The translations under genes and the position numbers were made by a program. Source: Antedon mediterranea (lineage: Eukaryota; Animalia; Echinodermata). From it: 64,000 nt of DNA. The DNA is taken from NCBI RefSeq assembly GCF_964355755.1, contig NC_092678.1, positions 17,563,365 through 17,627,364 on the forward strand. The letters run 5' to 3'. Shown in pieces: positions 62,411-64,000 of this stretch (position 1 is the stretch's first letter; each line of letters opens with the position of its first letter). The notes under the pieces were generated by a model, which was given only the letters and a program-made list of their open reading frames with translations, was not told the origin of the DNA and searched no databases.

Positions 62411-64000
62411 ATATTTAATTTAAGAAGATACAATGAAAGTGTCAATCCTATCTTTATTGTGTGTTGTGCCTGTGTTTGTATAATTATACTTAACTAACCG
62501 TCACACTTCAGTGATTCTATTGTGATGGGTATCAACACAAGCACAGCACAACCATATGGTTTATGCAAATTAGACCTATTTATTATGTATACTTGTGCAG
62601 TGTTCTTTTGTAATATATGTAGCTTGTTGAGTCGATACAATTACAGCTTAGCCTGAAGTGGACTGAGGTTTAGAGGCTTAAAGAAGGCTAGAGTTAGAGT
62701 GAGGGCTGGATTAAAGGGTTTATTAGAAGCATGAAGATGCTGAATGACCTACAGTAGTAGTATAAGTCTTATGTAGCCCACAGCTCAGCTAGAAAAAGCA
62801 CGTGTTTGTATTATACTCACTTTATAGGCATATCATTATATCGTTGTAATTATGGTATAACCAATGGTTATGTATTTCTCAAAATAAAGTTTGTTATTTA
62901 TTTGTAGTAAATCGGATCGATGTATGGATTTCCGGATAGAAACAGAAAGATGGAATTAAAGTCTGCAGTATTGAATATTGTTTTGTGCAGAATTACATGA
63001 AGTACGGTAGCATTTGGAAAAACAAATCATTGTACAATAAATATATGAGGCTTGATTGTTGTGATAATGAAGTGTTGTAAGGTCATTAATGCAAAATCAA
63101 AAATGCAATAACAAAAACATTTAGAAAACAATAAACTGTAAAAATGATTGATATAAACACGATTAAATTATTAGTCTTCGTCTGGAAATTTCAGAGGAAA
63201 CCTTGTTTTTAAGTTTTACGAGTTGTACACAAAGCGTCATCAACAAACAGTTTATTTCCGCAACACTTACTATGGAAAGCAGAGCATATGTCTGCCACTT
63301 CCGCTAACCAGAAGCCGATGGCCAGGATGAAAGTATCCGTGGCCATCTTGATTGTAACGTTGTTAACGGAATATGCTTTATCGCATTCTCAGTTCAGAAA
63401 TCAGGAGCCATCGTCTGCAGAAGGAAAAAAAACGTAAAAACAATTATTAAAAATGGAAAGAAAATTAGTTGTTGTTTCCGATAATCATAATGCGTTTCTT
63501 TTCAAACGGGGTAGTGGGATATTCCTGAGGAAATTATCGGCCTCGTTTGGGATTTTTACAATTGCCTATATGTTCACATGCAAACTAGGTAGGCCTAAGT
63601 GCCAAGCCGGTTCACACTGAGCATTTACACGTCACGCGAAAAGATTCGCCAGAAGGTAGACAAAGTTCTATCGATTTTGCGAGTTGCAAATTCACCACTT
63701 TAAATTAAAATCCACTGGCGTTCAACACAGGCATGGGAACGGTGAGACGGAGGGCAATTGACCTCCCAAAACTTAAATCATGGGATGGCAAATAAAAATA
63801 GCATTTTAAAGAGATTTCTTTTCAACAACATATTCTTATAACTCCTTTCGCTCAGCAATACAAACATGATAATATAATAATAACAGCCAGACCGAAACAA
63901 TGCGCTTGTCGCGAGAAAAGGATTTCTGTAAAATGCTTCTGAATTTGTAAAACTTAATGGAATTGGTATGAATGTTTTTTTACCGGTCACATTATTGTAA

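Overview
AT-rich, intron-containing animal genomic DNA; the repeat content and abundant TAGGCCTA motif suggest a marine invertebrate, possibly an echinoderm (inference only). There are two divergently transcribed host genes, mostly invisible in the ORF track. (1) A minus-strand gene (31729 to <412, running off the left edge) assembles as signal peptide - CUB domain - 25-nt micro-exon - N-cap-like exon - at least five 72-nt phase-2 exons that each encode one 24-aa leucine-rich repeat. The LRR exons sit in kilobase-scale tandemly duplicated exon+intron modules, alongside exon-less module remnants and one decayed LRR pseudo-exon. (2) A plus-strand NCKIPSD/SPIN90/WISH homologue (five exons, 34446-50639) has an in-frame TAG inside exon 3, and no further exon was found in the remaining 13 kb. 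The rest is dense in transposons. A ~10 kb nest comprises an L2/CR1-group LINE with a 2A-like motif, interrupted by a young full-length Mag-type Ty3/Gypsy element, a solo LTR and a Helentron-type HINE. There are also non-autonomous hAT-, MULE-, Academ-, Kolobok-, Harbinger- and Tc1/pogo-like elements, a Helitron, a 5S rRNA relic and two minisatellites. All calls are from manual reading; no database searches were run.
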